Positions 12,209 through 24,098 of a stretch of DNA of 64,000 nucleotides are shown piece by piece. This DNA comes from Eukaryota sp. TZLM1-RC. Its lineage: Eukaryota > Protista > Metamonada: BaSk clade. The stretch is from positions 1,264,501 to 1,328,500 of the forward strand of contig JAUPSS010000007.1 of the NCBI GenBank assembly GCA_040285825.1, in the 5' to 3' direction. A model generated the notes under the pieces. It was not told the DNA's origin and made no database searches. It was given only the letters and a program-made list of their open reading frames with translations. Within the stretch, counting starts at the first letter, position 1. Each line of letters opens with the position of its first letter. Both the position numbers and the translations under genes were made by a program.

Positions 12209-15199
12209 TCAAATCTTATTTACCCAAATTTCATCAAAATCATACTTCCCCCTCGCCCTAACCACTGCATGTTGAAGCTCCCGTTGACCCCATTCTAGAA
12301 AGTCATTCCAAGTGTGAGGAGAGACAGTTGACCTTAGACTGGAAAGCAAACGCCGACAGCCACTATGTTTGCCGAAATTTGAAACCAAATAATCAATTGT
12401 TTTTGATTGTTGGAGTATTGAAAAGAGCCTATCTGCTACTAACGTATGTCTTGGAAATGTCGACAGAGCGTGGCAAATATTTGGATTTCTGATTAATGAA
12501 CCAGCTCCATCTGCAAAAATATCCAGCAAAACATTTTGCACTGAAGGCACCTCTATATTCAATATTGTTTCAAAAAGAGGAAAAGAATTAGGTGTGGTTA
12601 ATTCAAAACCAGCCTCTCTGATGAATTCCTTAATAACAGTTTCGTCTTGTACTTTTTGGATAAAGTCAGCAATCCACAATGGCTCCTTCCTCACCACAAG
12701 TGTAGCAATTGGGGTGATCTCCTTGAGAGCATTGGTATGATCACCCATGCTGTAGAGTTCCTTAGCCTTATTAACGATACTGGAATGAGCTTTTGTAGGG
12801 TAAATATCGACTTTGACGGTCAATCGATCATTGTTGATTGATTGAGGAGTTTCGTAACAATGTCGAAGCTTCAAGACGTCATCAAAAGGGAATATTGAGA
12901 GTAATTTCAAATATTGGGCTTCCGTACTGACAGAAAAAAAGGCACTGACTAAAACTGCAACAGAGTAATCAGTTGCCGCTTCTTTGAGGGTCAATATACA
13001 AAGATCATTTATCAAGATTTCATTCAAAAATGATTGCAAATCTTGTTTTGAACCCCCACATCGACAAAACATTCCTAAAAGAGTAAACCTTCCATTTACA
13101 TCTCTAATAATTTGTGGTAACCGTTGTGCAAATGAATTTAAAATAACAACTCGGAATTCAGGTTTGCCTTCAGACAGTGTCCAAAGATGAATGAGAACAG
13201 TCGAGCTGATTGGTGAAAGAGCCAACTGGGCCAATTCATCATTTTCTTTGAGAATCTTGCAGAATTTCTCAAGTTCAACAAAGGTCTTGCACATTTTGAG
13301 CTTTGCTACCAAATTTTTGGCGCAGGAAGGGTGAGTTGAGATTGCAATCAGCGCTGACTGGCCCAAATTTTCAAGGTCAATCGTCATGAGCTCCTTTGAG
13401 CTCATCGGGGAAGGCTCTGGTGGACCAAATATTGCCTGTGCAAAATCCTTCTCCTTATACCCGAAACAATTACAATAAAATGCTGCTTTAAATAAATCAT
13501 CCGATTGTAATTCAGCTGCTAATTCGGGTTTTTTGTTGAATATTCGATGAACATTTTCAAATAAAACAGCAATGAATTCCATTCCATATTCAGGTCCCAA
13601 GACTGGAAATGTAGCGTTGAGGAGGAGGAACCTTGACAAAAAGTTTCTTAAGGATTTGCCATACAGGAAATCTTTAATAAAATACTTGAGGTAAAAACAA
13701 ATTGATAATTGAAAATTGGGATCGAATAACAAGACATAAAGGAACTTACCACCGCAATGAAGCAGACATTCTATCAAATCTTTAGGCGACCGGTCAAAAA
13801 CGATTGGTTTCAGTCTCATAATGACACGTTGCCGGTTATGATGGTCTGCTTTAAGGAAAATTTCACATAATGAATCAATAAATAAAGGATCGGCGATGAA
13901 AAAATCTAAATCATTAATAACTAATCTTATGTTCAACTCTCTCAGTTTTTCAGGATAGTCAATAAATTTTGGAACATTTAGACCAAATTCCAAAGCCAAA
14001 GTTTGTTTCACTTTAATTAATTCAACCCCAGAATCCCTAATCACCTGGTCCATTGAATTCCCAAGATTTTTGAACATATTTTGAACTTCTGGTGTGTAAT
14101 ATTCCTTTGGTTTGGAAGCTCTGGGTATGAAATCTTGGCCAATAGTGTTGATCATGAAGGGGTAGAGTTTTTTTGATAATTTTACAACTAAATTTCTTGA
14201 ATCTGGATTTTTTGAAATTAGTTCTTGCCAGACACGGTCGAAATTAAATAATTGGAATATTAAAAAAGCAACACCCTTGTTAATCAAAGCCTCTACGACT
14301 GGAACACTCCTAGGTTGAAGAGCCAATGCAGTCAAATCACGTTTTAAAAGGTCGAAACAATCAAAAATTTGGTCAATCGGCAACTGATTGATTATCAAGA
14401 CAGTCACATTGGGACGATCAATCGCATCTGTTCTGATCTTCCTTCGAACTTGACTCCAATCTTTGACTTCTTTTGGTAACTGAGGAGCACCAGACAGAAG
14501 GTCTTTATCAGCAGCAGAGGCGCTATTCCAGACAACTTTTCGGTAATTTTCAGGAATGTTTTCTACTAAATACTGGCTTGTGGCTAGGGAGTGGGCAAGT
14601 TGCTGTTTTTGATCGTCGTTTGCGATAAAGAATTGCTTTAACAACATAGACTTTGACGGATCCGCCTCAAAAAGTTTGTGAAAATAAGGTTTTAATTGAT
14701 CAAATACTTTGGTCTTGGTCAAGGGGTTCTCCAAATAAAAGTTGACAATCTTGTGGGCAAATGGATGCGAGCTCATGTGGGGTAAATGTTCAGAAAGTCG
14801 ATCCAGAACAGCCATTTTGACGGAATCAGGGGAGGAGTTGAGTTGAGAGAGGATGAAGGAGCAGCCCTCAGCAGAAAAGGTTAGTTCCTTAAGGTGGTTC
14901 ATGTAGTCAGAGAGTCTTGCGTTTGGTGGTATGGTGATCTCAGAGTAGCGCTCATGCTCTAGAAAGCTGGCTGCATGTTGGTCAAGAACTTGATTGGGAG
15001 AGATGGAGTAAACAAGGTTAATAGTGGGATCTGGACAAGGATGTGTAGGTTCGTCTCTAATAGGCTCTGTGATGGGTATGAAAGACTGGTAGATGGGTGT
15101 AGTAGCAGCGAGAGAGGAAAGTTCCACCTCCGGCGGTGGTAAACAACGTTGTTCTATAAGCTTTTGTAGAAGGTTACATGCTGGTGAATCCGAGGTCAT
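12209..15199 (-). CDS. 996-aa helical-repeat protein with degenerate Pumilio (PUF)-like repeats
   Basis: Intact ORF. Segments such as LPHMSSHPFAHKIVNFYLE, LAQLALSPISSTVLIHL and LPQIIRDVNGRFTL resemble PUF repeat spacing but lack the canonical NxxxQ residues. Confidence 0.6.
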   Translation of the reverse strand: MTSDSPACNLLQKLIEQRCLPPPEVELSSLAATTPIYQSFIPITEPIRDEPTHPCPDPTINLVYSISPNQVLDQHAASFLEHERYSEITIPPNARLSDYMNHLKELTFSAEGCSFILSQLNSSPDSVKMAVLDRLSEHLPHMSSHPFAHKIVNFYLENPLTKTKVFDQLKPYFHKLFEADPSKSMLLKQFFIANDDQKQQLAHSLATSQYLVENIPENYRKVVWNSASAADKDLLSGAPQLPKEVKDWSQVRRKIRTDAIDRPNVTVLIINQLPIDQIFDCFDLLKRDLTALALQPRSVPVVEALINKGVAFLIFQLFNFDRVWQELISKNPDSRNLVVKLSKKLYPFMINTIGQDFIPRASKPKEYYTPEVQNMFKNLGNSMDQVIRDSGVELIKVKQTLALEFGLNVPKFIDYPEKLRELNIRLVINDLDFFIADPLFIDSLCEIFLKADHHNRQRVIMRLKPIVFDRSPKDLIECLLHCGGKFLYVLLFDPNFQLSICFYLKYFIKDFLYGKSLRNFLSRFLLLNATFPVLGPEYGMEFIAVLFENVHRIFNKKPELAAELQSDDLFKAAFYCNCFGYKEKDFAQAIFGPPEPSPMSSKELMTIDLENLGQSALIAISTHPSCAKNLVAKLKMCKTFVELEKFCKILKENDELAQLALSPISSTVLIHLWTLSEGKPEFRVVILNSFAQRLPQIIRDVNGRFTLLGMFCRCGGSKQDLQSFLNEILINDLCILTLKEAATDYSVAVLVSAFFSVSTEAQYLKLLSIFPFDDVLKLRHCYETPQSINNDRLTVKVDIYPTKAHSSIVNKAKELYSMGDHTNALKEITPIATLVVRKEPLWIADFIQKVQDETVIKEFIREAGFELTTPNSFPLFETILNIEVPSVQNVLLDIFADGAGSLIRNPNICHALSTFPRHTLVADRLFSILQQSKTIDYLVSNFGKHSGCRRLLSSLRSTVSPHTWNDFLEWGQRELQHAVVRARGKYDFDEIWVNKI

Positions 15200-15284
15200 T
15201 CAATTGGGGTAGAGAGGTGTTTGTAGAAAGGTCTTTGCAGGAGGTATTTGTTGGGAAAATACAAAAATGCTACAGCTTCACTAT

Positions 15285-16270
15285 GACATTATGACACGCA
15301 GGTACCTGGACACGGAAGCCTATCACCAAAACTATCCTCTACAAATTAATCTACAATTGCCTTGATGTTGATACATGCTAGCTTGTTACGATTCCTTATC
15401 TTATCCTTTCCATCACATTCTTCTCTACAAACTTCAGATCGACATCTTAACAAAGCGTGACATTTCACAGTAGGATATTTCTCTCTCTCATCCAAGGCCA
15501 TGGGAATCTCAACATCAAGAAATACATTTACTGGGTTATAACAAGTTTGACACTTTGAAAATGTGTTTCTTTCATCAACTAAACATACTGTGTGAAATTT
15601 CTCCATCCAACCTCTCTACTTGATCGATGACTCTTTCAATTTTTCCTCTTTGACCAAACATGAGGAGAGTTTTTCTTGCTTCCACTGCTTTTAGGCCATT
15701 CTTTCTAATATTTTGGCCTCTGTTTTCTGATGGTGAACATTTCTTTGCATTTTTGAATGTGCCATATCATTAAACAGTAGTAATCGACTGTAAATGTCAT
15801 GTTTGTCAGCTGGGAAGCAATATAAGAATAGAAATTATTATAATTAACAGATGATTTTGATGATTTTTTGATAAAGCAGCTTCCGTTTCTTCAACTGTGG
15901 TCCCAGTTTGCAAAATAAACTTTTGCTTTTTCTATTTTCTGAATTTTTGGTGAACTCTCGATGCTTTTGATTTACTTCAATTCTGTTAATCTCAGCCATT
16001 CGTATTGGTTATCTCTTTGTAGTCGGTCTTTTGCAATAAGTTTGAATCTTTTTTGACTACAAAAAAAAGTAAATCATTTTTACCAGGGTCAATCTCTGCG
16101 TGTTTTAATGATAGAAAATCAACATCCAAATCACCCAAATAATTCTCAATGGTTGCAAACTTTGCACTCTCAGGCTTGATGCACATGTCAGTACAATCCT
16201 CTCCTCCACGCTCAATACAGGCCGCAAAATCATCAGTTTTTATGGTGTTGTTAAATTTGTGACATTTTTT
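15285..16270 (-). pseudogene. Fanzor1-like (TnpB-family) RNA-guided nuclease relic
   Basis: Motifs occur in Fanzor order: FNNTIKTDD (cf. FxxxIxTDG), RuvC-I IDPGKNDL, RuvC-II VDERNT plus CQTC, HALLRC, RuvC-III NRNKLACINI (D to N), and a terminal PRYLR in a shifted frame. Several stops. Confidence 0.8.
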
Positions 16271-16544
16271 AGTAATTTTTTTTTTGTAAAATTTAATTTT
16301 ATTCTAAACCTATAAATCAACATCTAAAAAATCAAAATTTTTTAGTAATAGTCTATTAAATGCAAAATAATATAACCAAAATAAATTTTATTCTTCTGGA
16401 CTTATATGTTTATTGTCAGCTAGTGAATTCCACTCCGAATTTTTACTGTAACAAACGAACGAAGTTCAAAATTATATTTTACATATTATGTTATTGACAA
16501 CTCCCCAAAAATCGAAAATAGAAGATATATTGGATAAAAATCAT

Positions 16545-17386
16545 GTTTGTGAAAACAAGGTGTCAGATTCTTCACTTTTTGTAACCATTGTACCACGAAG
16601 ATTTGGATTGTGTGCTACTAATGAAGCATTTGTAACAAAAATGAGATTATATTTGAACATCCCCATTAACCAATTATTATCAAAAGAAAAATGTATTTGT
16701 TCGAATTCACCTCAACTCACTTTGCGCCATGCTCTAAATTGCTCTAAATTGATAACTTATCGTTCTTCATTACATGATGCTGTTAGAGACACTGTTTTCA
16801 ATATGGCACAAACTGCAAGGATATCGTGTATCAAAGAGCCCCTGCTGAAAGAAACACTTTCTCTGAATAATTTTGGTTCTGATGATAGAGGTGATGTATA
16901 CTGTGATTGGATTGATAATTCTGAAGCTATTGTTGACTTTGTCTCATGTTATGTTGCAAACGATACTTTGGTTCACAAAAGAAAACTTAATCCTGTGGCT
17001 GCTCTGGATTTTAAAGCAAAAGAAAAACATAGAAAATATGATAAAGAAATTGAAGATGCAAATGTCGATAGAAATACACAGCTGGTTTTTATTGCTTTCC
17101 CATTTTCGATAAATGGAAGATTATCAGTTGAAGCAGAAACTTTTTTGGATGACTTCCAAAAAATGGTGAAAGAAAAAACAATGAAAAGATTTGATATTTT
17201 TTTATGGCGTTCACGGATTCAATTTGCCATTATTAATAGATTACCGCGGTTTTTCAATCGAATTAGAGAAGCTTTAGCTAGACAGCAAGCAAATCAAGAT
17301 TTTGTAGAGGAAATCTTGGTTTAATGATAGTCGTCCCATTAGTTATGATTTAATTTAATCAAGTGTGCAAATTCAATAAATTAATT
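16545..17386 (+). mobile_element. 5'-truncated family A copy with 11-bp TSD
   Basis: Open Zn-finger/RLE frame to 17324. ATAAAAATCAT occurs at 16534-16544 and 17387-17397. Confidence 0.88.
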
Positions 17387-17419
17387 ATAAAAATCATTGA
17401 ATATTATCAACGAATCACT

Positions 17420-17535
17420 AGTTTCTGAAATTTTGTTCTTTTAATTTTGTTCTTTCAATTTTGTTTCTGAATTTTTGTTTTTGAAATTTTGTTCTTTTAA
17501 TTTTTTTTATGAAATTTTTGTTTCTGAAATTTTAG
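17420..17535 (+). repeat. Degenerate T-rich tandem repeat, unit about 14 bp (aattttgttctttt / aattttgtttctga)
   Basis: The unit visibly recurs. Confidence 0.7.
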
Positions 17536-18139
17536 GGTTTTGGTTGCACAGTGGTTGAATGAATATCGGAATTCAATATAGTTTTCAACAGAGAAAATGA
17601 TTGCAGTTCAACAAAGTCTTTCCAAAATAAATGATGAAGCAAAATATTTGAATTAAAACATGAGTAATCACCAAAATCACCTATTAAAGAAAGAATAAAT
17701 TTTACCAAACCATTTGCTGAATTTGGTACTGTGTTTCATCGCATAGTAATCACCACAAAATTAAACGATCACCACATTAGCAATGTAGCCGACTACTAGT
17801 GTTTGAATGGAAAAATACATAACAATTCTAACTCTAATCAGCCTTCTTTGGACTAAAAAGATTACAACACCTGTGTAAGTTACCACTGTCATGTCAAGAA
17901 GTGGCGATCCTGAAGATCTTAAGCAAGAGACACAAACACATTTATCAGCTTCAAAATAAAACCAACTAAATTGAAGGGTATCAATGCTGTTGAAAAACTC
18001 ATCAGAAACAGAAAATTGAAAAAAAAATTGAAAAAAACTAAGAAAAGTTGAAAAAAGAAGGCTTCTAAAAATAGACCATGGACTGTCCAAATCAAATACA
18101 CAATAAATCGAAAAAATTGTAAAATACATTTTTAAAAGA

Positions 18140-19561
18140 TCATTTTTTTGCACCACAAAAGAAAAAAGAATTACCATCACCAGATCCAGAAACAACGAAT
18201 ACGACACTGTTATTTCTAAGAGAAGTCAATACAATGAATAAATTATTATTTAATTCATCCAAATTGTTTAATTCAAAAGCAATAAAATCAAAATCTTCGA
18301 CAACCTCTCCAAATTTTGTCACTGTATCCAAATCATTCTGGGAAGAGATCAAATGACACTTGTCCCCAAAATTTTCGTTCTCTCCACCAAAAACCAAGCT
18401 CTTCTTATCACCAAACATATCAACCAAGCTGGAATGTTGCAAGACAATTTTGCCATAATCCAGGCCCTTTTCCAGCTTCAATTTGACCAAATTAAGAGCA
18501 GCAACCGAATCTTCAACAGAATCATGACCAGAAGAATTGGTTTGAATGGTAGCATCGAGGTGCTGATTCGCCAACATTTTAAGTGAATACTTTCTAATAA
18601 AACCTTTGTCTGAATTAGGATAAGGATGAGGAAAAAGAATGGAAGTATCAATTACTTTGTGATGTATTAAGCCAAGTGAATGTAAGTCATTTTCTAAAGA
18701 ATGACCAACAATTATTGTATTTCCATCTATATATTTTAAAATTTCGTCCCGGGCTTCTTGAGCTGTTCTCGTCACCCCTTCCAAAATTTCGGGGGTAATA
18801 CCAGAATATGACGTGACATAGTCTGTGATTGGAAGACTTGGTTTGACTAAAAGATCAATAATGATTTCTCCATCAAAATTAACAACAGAAGCCCTTGCCA
18901 GCTCCGTATAAAAACCACATTTGACCATTTCACAATCAATGGCTACTATTGGTTCTGGATGCTCTGCGGTATGAGATTCGGTGTCGACGTAAGTTGGGCA
19001 TGGAGACTTTGTGAGTTGATTAGTTGAACTTCCAACATGGCCAGAAAGGGGATAGTTATTGGACTCAAGATCAGTACGGTCCATCAAGAGTTGCTCCAAA
19101 GTAGAGGAGGATGAAGAGGAAGAGGTAGGAGAGGACGCGGTAGGAGTAGCAGACGAATAAGTGAGAAAACGTTTAAGAGAGGAGCGACATGAATGACGGA
19201 AAGGTAAGGGTGTGGAGAGCCATGAACCAGCGAAGAGAGAAGAGCATGAGTTGAGTGCAGAGAGGGATGAAGGGCACGGTAAATGAGGTTGAATGTGGAC
19301 AAGGACGGCAGATTTGAGCAAGGGTATGTTTGCAAAATTAAATTTAAATGGGGGTTTGAAATTAAGAGGATTCAGTAAGTAGAGTAAGCATTGTTGGAGG
19401 TCTGAGAGTTTGAGAGGGTTGGTGGAACTGATTTTAGATCCATCCCTGAGTGAAACAGTAATAGAACATTGACTATAAATCGCAGAAATAGATGAATTTG
19501 GCGGTGAGGTGCTGCGTGGTTTTTTGGACGGGGAAAGACGTGTAAAAGTACGTCTAGCCAT
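18140..19561 (-). CDS. DEDDh 3'-5' RNA exonuclease, Rex1/REXO1-REXO5 family
   Basis: AIDCEMV, ELARASVV, IVGHSLENDL, IDTS, YSLKML and GHDSVEDS motifs. Confidence 0.92.
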   Translation of the reverse strand: MARRTFTRLSPSKKPRSTSPPNSSISAIYSQCSITVSLRDGSKISSTNPLKLSDLQQCLLYLLNPLNFKPPFKFNFANIPLLKSAVLVHIQPHLPCPSSLSALNSCSSLFAGSWLSTPLPFRHSCRSSLKRFLTYSSATPTASSPTSSSSSSSTLEQLLMDRTDLESNNYPLSGHVGSSTNQLTKSPCPTYVDTESHTAEHPEPIVAIDCEMVKCGFYTELARASVVNFDGEIIIDLLVKPSLPITDYVTSYSGITPEILEGVTRTAQEARDEILKYIDGNTIIVGHSLENDLHSLGLIHHKVIDTSILFPHPYPNSDKGFIRKYSLKMLANQHLDATIQTNSSGHDSVEDSVAALNLVKLKLEKGLDYGKIVLQHSSLVDMFGDKKSLVFGGENENFGDKCHLISSQNDLDTVTKFGEVVEDFDFIAFELNNLDELNNNLFIVLTSLRNNSVVFVVSGSGDGNSFFFCGAKK

Positions 19562-20753
19562 TGTCTAAGACTGTGGAAGATAAGAAGAAGAAAATTAAAA
19601 AAAGAAATAGAAAAGGAAATTCAAATGCTGAGCCCATGCTTAATAGAGTCCTACCCTCCTGGGGCTCTACAATAAGCCCCACCAAATTCCGACCCCTATT
19701 TGGCACTTGGCAGTATATTCTTTTTCCGTCATACAAACAGCTGCTCTCTCTGATTACATCAACGATTGGTTACTGTCAGTAAATGGTCTGTGGTTGTGAT
19801 AAAAGTATCACCACGTTAATTTATCAAAATCCCCTTAGCTTGATAGTAAATTGATTAGAAAAAGAAAAACACTCCCTCTATACACCTAAATATATGGTTT
19901 CATCCACCGACAACTACTGATGTTAAATTCTTATTTGGTTTAGTTTTTGTTGCATTATTGAAGTCGATGGATAATCTTAATGGTTGCTCAAATTGAATAT
20001 AGTATAATAATACAATAAATAAGTAAAGTATTGTAAATATTATAAATGAAATAATTTTTTTCAAATTGAAATAATTGAAATTCAAATGATATCATTTCAA
20101 AAAAAATAAGTAAGAATCAAACATCCCCAAACGCTTCAGCAGAATTGAATATAATTTACTGATATAGTGTGTTTCAATATTTGTTTAACAATAATCTCCC
20201 ATCATGCAATAGGAATGCATTGGGTTTTTACAAACAATGAAGTGTGTTGGGTTCCACTGGTGATATTTGCCACGTTATTTGAACTATTTCCACATCATCG
20301 CACGTGGTTTTTACCAATAATGTTGTGAATGTTCCAGAAAAAACTTTCTATTCTCATTCTACAATTTCAGATGCTGCGGCCAACACATTTAGTGAATAAA
20401 ATAAAGCCGAATCACCTTAAGTGATCTTTTATCTTTGATAGTTGTACTAATGGTTTGGACACAGTGTAAATGATGTCGGATACAAACACGATGGGTTCAA
20501 TAAGATACTAGGTAGATTGAGTTGAACCTTTTTTAGAAGGGAACAACAAGAACTTGGAAATGCGGCTTAATGGTAGCTCTTGTTGAAACATGTATTCATA
20601 AAGGCAATGTATTTAACTTCAGAAAGTATGCGAAAAGTCAACGGCATATTGTTTGGGGGGTTTGGGGAAATTGTATTCAGAACAGAATCAACCACAGTAT
20701 GTTGGTCCAAAAATCAAAAATCGTTTGTCGTAAATTCACGACTTCTGTTGCCC

Positions 20754-22118
20754 ATGTTATCTTCCCAGGATTGCATCAACTTGGAGCATGATTATTCCTT
20801 CCAAAACTATCATCCTCTCCCCGTCGTGTTAGATCGAGGTGAGGGAGCCAATGTCTATGATGTTGAAGGCAAGAAATATAGTAAGTTCATGGTGTTTGTT
20901 CTCTTACCTCAGTTGACTGTCTCTCAGCCTATTCAGCAGTCAATCAAGGCCACTGCCATCCTAAGATTGTCAAGGCCATGACTGATCAAGCCCAAAAACT
21001 CGCTCTTACCTCCAGAGCTTTTTACAACTCTTCATTTGGAGCATTCTGTAAGTTTATCTGTGAATACTTTGGATATGAACGCTGTCTTATGGCCAATGGA
21101 GGTGTAGAGGCTGTTGAGGGTGCGATCAAGACCGCACGCAGGTTTGTTCTTGTATTTTTTTCATTGTAGATGGGGGTACAGAAAGAAGGGTATCCCACAT
21201 AACGAAGCTATCATTGTCACTGCCAATGACAACTTCCATGGCCGCACATTGGGAGTTATCTCATTCTCTGGTGACAAGGGTGCTACAAGTGATTTTGGTC
21301 CATTCACCCCTGGGTTTACCTCCGTTCCCTACTCCGACATTGATGCTTTAAAAGCGGTTTTTGAAGAATCTGGAGATCGCATCTGTGCCTTTTTAGTTGA
21401 ACCAATCCAAGGTTTGTACCTCTGATTTACATTTATTGCAGGTGAAGCTGGAGTAATGGTACCAGAGGAGGAATATCTCAATGAAGTACGTGCTCTCTGT
21501 ACCCAATACAATGTCCTCATGATTACTGACGAAATTCAAAGTGGAATCGGAAGATCTGGTAAACTCCTTGCTTCTGACTATGCAGACAAGAATGGTCACC
21601 CAGACGTTGTGCTTTTGGGAAAGGCTGTAAGTGGTGGTTTATACCCTGTTTCTATTGTGCTTACATCCCACGAAATTGCTTCGGTTATCGATCCTGGGTC
21701 TCATGGTTCAACCTATGGTGGAAATCCCATCGCTTGTGCCGTAGCAAAAGCTGCATTGGAAGTAATCCGTGACGAAAAACTGACCGAACGTTCCATGGAA
21801 CTTGGCCAGCATTTTAGAGCTCGTCTTGGCGAAATTCAGCATCGCCACCCTGAAGTTATTAAATCCTTCAGAGGAAAGGGTTTGTTAAATGCCATTATTA
21901 TTGAGGAGTTGGCTAACGGTAATGGGGCCTGGGAATTCTGCTTGCTTTTGATGAAGCATGGTGTTTTGGCTAAACCTACACATGGCACTATTGTACGTTT
22001 GGCTCCTCCATTAAACATTTCCAAGGAAGATCTTGATAAAATCTTGGATGCCTTTGATACTTGTTGTGACGAAATCCAAAAGGTAAACAAGGAAGAGATT
22101 CCTGGATATGGAATGTAA
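20754..22118 (+). CDS. OAT: Ornithine aminotransferase (class III PLP enzyme) with 3 introns: 20881-20912, 21142-21169, 21412-21441
   Basis: Splicing restores [52 protein letters not shown], the PLP lysine in LGKAVSGG, and HGSTYGGNP. Confidence 0.95.
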
Positions 22119-22369
22119 AATTGTAATTTTCAAATGTAAATAAATTTCAAATTTCCACACCTCAACTGAACCCTGAACACTGGTTGATATTTCTAAACTA
22201 AAATTGATTTCAGTCTCATGTTCACCTGCCGTTCTTCACTTTGCAACCTGTTGGGTAGACAAATTAGACAAAGGTTCGTTGTATTTTTTGATTTTGGTAT
22301 TTTCAACAATTGAAAGAGGAAATTAATTAAAGACTGTCATTATATTATAATTATGTAAAAGTTCAATAT

Positions 22370-23220
22370 TTGATGCACTAGCACACTTAATCAAATTAAC
22401 TCATAACTAATGGGACGACTATCATTGAACCAAGATTTCCTCTACAAAATCTTTATCTGCTTGCTGTCTAGCTAAAGCTTATTGAAAAACCGAGTTAATC
22501 TATTAATAATGGCTAATTGAATCCAAGAACGCCATAAAAAATATCAAATCTTTTCATTGTTTTTTCTTGAACCATTTTTTGGAAGTCATTCAAAAAAATT
22601 CTGCTTCATCTGATAATCTTCCATTTATGGACAATGGGAAAGCAATAAAAACCAGCTGTGTATTTCTATCAGCATTAACCTGTTCAATATCTTTATCATA
22701 TTTTCTATGTTTTTCTTTTGCTTTAAAATCAAGAGCACTCACAGGATTAAGTTTTCTTCTGTGAACCAAAATATCATTTGCAACATCACATGAGACAAAG
22801 TCAACAATAGCTTCAGAGTTATCAATCCAATCACAGTATACCTCACCTCTATCATCGGAACTAAAATTATTCAAAGAAAATGTTTCCTTCAGCAAAGGCT
22901 GTTTGATACACTATATTCTTGCAGTTTGTACCATATTAAAAACAGTGTCTCTAATAGCATCAAGTAATGAAGAACGATAAGTTATCAATTTAGAACAATT
23001 CAGAGCATCACGCAAAGTGAGTTGAGGTGAATTCGAACAAATACATTTTTCTTTTGATAATAATTAATGGGGATATTCAAATATAATCTCATTTTTGTTA
23101 CAAATGCTTCATTAGTGGCACACAATCCAAATCTTCGTGGTACAATGGTTACAAAAAGTGAAGAATCTGATGACTTGTTTTAACAAACACCCTTTTCCAA
23201 TAACAACGAGTGAAGATCTT
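22370..23220 (-). mobile_element. 3' fragment of family A
   Basis: ORF 22590-22895 matches the family A RLE region, and the family A 3' UTR is present in reverse. Confidence 0.85.
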
Positions 23221-23300
23221 CAATGAACAAAAACAATTTTGGTGTTGTGATTGGTTTGAATTCCAACATTGGATTGTGGCGATCTTTCTTCATATTTTTA

Positions 23301-24098
23301 ATGTCTTCTCGATCACATAATGTGCCAGAGGAAGTCCCATTACCGGATGTCCTTCGAGTGTTCACCACCGAAATCAATGATCCAAAAGCTTTCTGCAAAG
23401 AAAATCCCCCCGCCACCCAGTCCTTGCAACAGTTTCTGAACATATTTTGCAGAAGGTCTGACCAGATTGGTCTTTATGATCGGATAAGGTGCAAAGTGGA
23501 TGCCATACTCTCCGATCTACGGTCTACCATGTTGAGTTCGCTTGAATGTGATCACATCATTGCTCTTCATGCATACACCATGGAAGAAAGCTTTGATGAC
23601 ATTCAAATTCAAGGAGTGTGGCATAATGACGTAGTCATTTACAAAGCGATGAACCAAGCCCTTCGAACACACAAGTATTTATTCTGGAATCCTCTGCTAG
23701 TAGTTTTGGCTGATGCTTTCCGCAGATGTAGTTCTTATAAACCACGGAATCTTTTTGTTGGACTCAAATGCATAGTACCTGATAAATATAAGAATATGCC
23801 ACCTAAAGATCATGAAGAACCTAATGATCATCCACCCCAAGATAAGTATTACCTCCGCGACTTCAGATCCAGCAGCATTCTGGAAAAAAAAGCCAAAGCC
23901 CACGGCGAACTCATTCTCCGATTTGATTCCGCAATTGCAATTCCACTCACTAAGATCTCTGCGTTTCCAGATGAAAAGGAATGGTTGATTGCACCCACTG
24001 CACTCAACAAGATTACTTACACTGTTCAGAGCTACTCTAATCAAAAACTTCAGCTTCTAACCAACCCAGACGATAACACCTCAGTGAACTATTCTTAG
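23301..24098 (+). CDS. Mono-ADP-ribosyltransferase of the R-S-E (ARTC/VIP2-like) clade
   Basis: ALHAYT, YKAMNQALR, LFVGL (usual Arg replaced), FRSSS and ISAFPDEKEWL (ExE). The start is placed at MSSRSH because the upstream codons abut a retroelement. Confidence 0.75.
   Translation: MSSRSHNVPEEVPLPDVLRVFTTEINDPKAFCKENPPATQSLQQFLNIFCRRSDQIGLYDRIRCKVDAILSDLRSTMLSSLECDHIIALHAYTMEESFDDIQIQGVWHNDVVIYKAMNQALRTHKYLFWNPLLVVLADAFRRCSSYKPRNLFVGLKCIVPDKYKNMPPKDHEEPNDHPPQDKYYLRDFRSSSILEKKAKAHGELILRFDSAIAIPLTKISAFPDEKEWLIAPTALNKITYTVQSYSNQKLQLLTNPDDNTSVNYS

Noticed and set aside
17530-17545. TTTAGGG as a telomeric repeat
   Set aside because: Single occurrence.
19620-19800. Two hairpins (GGGGCT/AGCCCC and CCAAAT/ATTTGG) as RNase MRP or a snoRNA
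   Set aside because: No matching P4 partner or box motifs in the right order; probably the Rex1-like promoter region.
20580-20753. N-terminal extension of OAT in the ORF track
   Set aside because: The track start is not ATG, and homology begins at MLSSQD; use of the upstream ATG at 20628 is unsupported.
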